Assembly: GCA_963422375.2 (NCBI GenBank)
Contig: OY729427.2
Span: 1,248,001 to 1,312,000, forward strand
Source: Bryobacterales bacterium
Lineage (GTDB): Bacteria; Acidobacteriota; Terriglobia; Bryobacterales; UBA6623
Length of the DNA: 64,000 nucleotides
Direction: 5' to 3'
A model generated the notes under the pieces. The model was not told the origin of the DNA. It ran no database searches and was given only the letters and a program-made list of their open reading frames with translations. How positions within the stretch are numbered: position 1 is the stretch's first letter; every line of letters starts with the position of its first letter. The translations under genes and the position numbers were made by a program. Positions 61,230 through 64,000 of this stretch are shown piece after piece.

Positions 61230-61971
61230 GGCGCCTGATTCCATCCAACGGTCGTCGAACTCCGTGCTGCAGTGACCGCCCCTCCCCGGCGCGGGATCCT
61301 ATCCGGCCGCCGTTCCCGGTGAGTCCCTCTCGAACCGGCGCAGCCTTGGATCGAGCGTGTGCCGTGCCCCCGTGATGTGGACGCCCGCGAGGACTGAGAG
61401 CTGCGCCCGTCCGACCAGCGAGGGATGCTGGCCGGGCCGGAGATTGCCGCAGGCTTAGTAGGAATTAGGATTCTTCTCGATCAAGGCTTCCGCCACCGTC
61501 AGCCGTCGGAGTAACGCCTCCCGCATCGGCTTCTCTGCCACTCGTGCCAAGTGACAGCCGGTCCGCAGCTCTGCGAGCCGACGCTTCCTTGCGACCGAAT
61601 CTCGGACCCACTGCATCGCCCGGGATGCGAGGACGATTCAGTCTCGCCAGTGCGCAGGTGCAGATTGCGCGCCCAGCTAGTGACGCTGCTCTCGACGGGG
61701 ACCGGCGTTCCGACGACGAAGGCAATGAGGTTGGGATGCTCGACCAGCGAATTGGACGCTAGAGCCTCGATCTGCTCTTCTCGAAAGGCGACCTGCATGC
61801 TTGGCTCTTCACCGGCATACGGTTCCGATGTCAGCCCGTGCAGCGACCTCATGGCGCTCTCCGAGGCAGCTGTCGAGCCGGCAATCTCGTTCTGGAGCCA
61901 TGAGAGATCTGCAAGCGGGTGGATGTCCGAGCTGTGGCGATGCCGCCGCCGAGCAGTAAAGAAGGCTCGCC

Positions 61972-63192
61972 TCAGTCCCTGCGAAGGGCCTCCGCCGGGG
62001 CCAGGCTCGCGGCACGCTCCGCCGGCACGAGGCCGGACGCCACGCCAGTGCCGACAGCCGCCACGGTCGCGAGAACGACCCATTCGCCTGGAATGGTCAC
62101 AGGTAGATCCGGCACGGCCCATGCCGTCAGCCAAGGCAGCGCCGTGCCGAGCGCCAGGCCGCAGGCCCCGCCGAGCGCCGCGAGCGCGGTCGATTCCGCC
62201 AGGAATTGCAGGCGGATGTCGCGCCGCGTCGCTCCGACCGCCTTCCTCGTGCCGATTTCGGCGGTCCGCTCCGATACCGCGACCAGCATGATGTTGGCTA
62301 TGAAAACGCCGCTGGCCGCGAGCGTGGTGGAGGCGACAAGGACCATTGCCAGGCTGAGAGCGCCGAGAACCCGCCGGGCGGTAGCGAGCACGCCGGCCAG
62401 CGTGTCCACCCTGTACGAGGATCCGGGGCGATGGCGCGATTCCAGGGTAGCCCTCACAAGGCGCGCGGTCTCCTCGACAAGTGCCTGCGACCGCACGGAA
62501 ACGTACAGCGGATCCACTCGCTCGAAGGGCTGGAAGTAGCGCGAGACCGTATACGGCACCAGCACCGAGTTGTCAGACACCTCCGACTGGCCGAACGTCT
62601 CCACCCGCTCGGAGAACACACCGACCACCAGAAACTCCAAGCCGTGCGCCTTGAGGCTGCGGCCGACAGCCCTGGCGGCCGAGCCGAACAGCTTCGCCGC
62701 CAGCTGCGGCGTGACCAAGCAGACCTTCGCCCGCGACGCGACGTCGCTGCGCTCGAGGAACCGCCCGGCGTGGATTCGCAGCTTGCGCGCGCCGCGGTAC
62801 TCCTCCGTCGATCCGAGGATGCGGATCTGCAAGGGCGCTCCGTCGACCGTGATCGAGTCCCACGACGACGTCACTCCGGCCACCGCGCTGGCGAGCGGAC
62901 CGAGGCGCTCGCGAACCGCATCGACGTCAGCCAAGTCGATGAAATCGGACTCGCCGGGCGAGACGTTGCCCCCCGCCTCGTAGTAGGCGTAGACAAGATT
63001 GGACCCGATCCCCTCGATCTGGGCGAGGACGTAGCCGCTGCCGGTAGCGGCTACGCTCGACACCAGAACGACCGCGGCGACCGCGGCGGCCATGCTCGCT
63101 GCGGTCAGCGCCGACCGCAGCCGACGTGCCCGGAGCGCCTCGAGCGCGACGCCGACTGCGTCGGCAACCGTCGCTCCGTGCCGACTCCTCAC
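61972..63192 (-). CDS. MacB/FtsX-type ABC transporter permease
   Basis: RRLRSALT, GRFL, NIMLVAVSERTAEIGTRKAVGA, QFLAES, PAEALR; GTGA overlap with the TPR gene. Confidence 0.92.
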   Translation of the reverse strand: MRSRHGATVADAVGVALEALRARRLRSALTAASMAAAVAAVVLVSSVAATGSGYVLAQIEGIGSNLVYAYYEAGGNVSPGESDFIDLADVDAVRERLGPLASAVAGVTSSWDSITVDGAPLQIRILGSTEEYRGARKLRIHAGRFLERSDVASRAKVCLVTPQLAAKLFGSAARAVGRSLKAHGLEFLVVGVFSERVETFGQSEVSDNSVLVPYTVSRYFQPFERVDPLYVSVRSQALVEETARLVRATLESRHRPGSSYRVDTLAGVLATARRVLGALSLAMVLVASTTLAASGVFIANIMLVAVSERTAEIGTRKAVGATRRDIRLQFLAESTALAALGGACGLALGTALPWLTAWAVPDLPVTIPGEWVVLATVAAVGTGVASGLVPAERAASLAPAEALRRD

Positions 63193-63974
63193 AGCCGGTC
63201 GAGCAGCTTGCGGACCGCTGACGGCGGATCCGAATTCGGCTTGCGGTCCGGACTGGCCAAATAGCGCTCGAGGAGTTCCCTCGCCTGCGCGTACCTCGAC
63301 CGGCGCTTCTCTCCGGCCCACGCCCTGCCCGCCGCCAGCCACGCGTCCGGATTGCCGGGATCCCGCTCGAGGGCGCCGTCGAACAGCTTGTCGCTTTCGG
63401 CATGCCGCCCGCGTCGCGCCAGGAAGCCCGCATGGCCGAGCAGGTAGCCGATGTCTTCGGGGGCGAGCTCTCGCGCCCGCGCGAACCTCTCCCCCGCTAG
63501 GGCCAAGTCCCCTTCGGCCTCGAAGTACAGCGCCCACGCCGCCGCGCCGCGCGCCGGGTCGATCGCCTCGATGCGGCCCGCGATCACCGCAGCCTCGTCC
63601 CGGTCACCGCCGACCACGCCGGGCGCCTCCAAGTGGAATCCCTGCAGCGCCTCCAGCGCGTCAAGGTTGGATCCGTCCAAGTCGACCGCCCGCTCGAAGT
63701 GCCGTCGAACTCTCCTCGCCAGCGGCAGCGCCGCCAAGCGACGCAGGCCGCTCATGCGCTCGGCACGCCGCCCGATCGCCAGGCCCAGCCAGAATTCGTA
63801 GGTCGAGCGGTCGGAGTCGCGGACCAAGGCCTGCTCGAACGCCTCCTGCGCCGCGCGGTATTCCTCGGCCTCGTACAGCCGCACGCCCCGCTCCCAGTCC
63901 GCGGCTCCGGGCCGGTCGGCGGCCGCCGCCGGCGCGCACGCCAGCGCGAGCACCGCGACGATCCTAACCCCCAT
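63189..63974 (-). CDS. Secreted tetratricopeptide-repeat protein
   Basis: Signal peptide; repeated A..FE.A..LDP helical pairs; APGVVGGD motif. Confidence 0.85.
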   Translation of the reverse strand: MGVRIVAVLALACAPAAAADRPGAADWERGVRLYEAEEYRAAQEAFEQALVRDSDRSTYEFWLGLAIGRRAERMSGLRRLAALPLARRVRRHFERAVDLDGSNLDALEALQGFHLEAPGVVGGDRDEAAVIAGRIEAIDPARGAAAWALYFEAEGDLALAGERFARARELAPEDIGYLLGHAGFLARRGRHAESDKLFDGALERDPGNPDAWLAAGRAWAGEKRRSRYAQARELLERYLASPDRKPNSDPPSAVRKLLDRL

Positions 63975-64000
63975 GCCCGGCTCCCGGCAGCATGGCTCTG

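Noticed and set aside
61465..61975. Possible gene downstream of the ABC permease
   Set aside because: No clear start, atypical composition and no recognisable family.
1..64000. tRNA, rRNA genes and ICE att sites
   Set aside because: No cloverleaf, rRNA-like sequence or flanking direct repeats were recognised by eye; a covariance-model scan would be needed to exclude them.

Overview
High-GC bacterial chromosomal window. Gene content suggests Acidobacteriota/Bryobacterales-like, possibly host-associated (inference only). Ordinary secreted or metabolic genes sit at the edges: a secreted 621-aa protein, a Tat amidohydrolase, two divergent sulfatases, an SdpI-like protein, an ABC permease and a TPR protein. 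Between them is a ~42 kb heavily eroded region full of IS elements (IS1595, ISNCY-like, DUF4338-ISAs1, IS1380, IS1182, ISAzo13, IS30 remnant) and two MITE families, one set nested three deep. The main finding is a three-member family of giant (~1500 aa) TbpB-like surface lipoproteins. Two intact genes are in inverted orientation, share an apparently identical ~1.86 kb 5' half with 183-bp tandem repeats, and have divergent 3' halves; only one has a recognisable sigma70 promoter. A third, signal-less mosaic pseudo-copy lies between them. This looks like an inversion/gene-conversion surface-variation locus. The second finding is an intact, translationally coupled VirD4-VirB2/3/4/9/10/5/6/8 type IV secretion operon with no VirB11, integrase or canonical relaxase in the window, ending in two possible Replic_Relax-like genes. 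All family assignments are from motif recognition by eye, not database searches.
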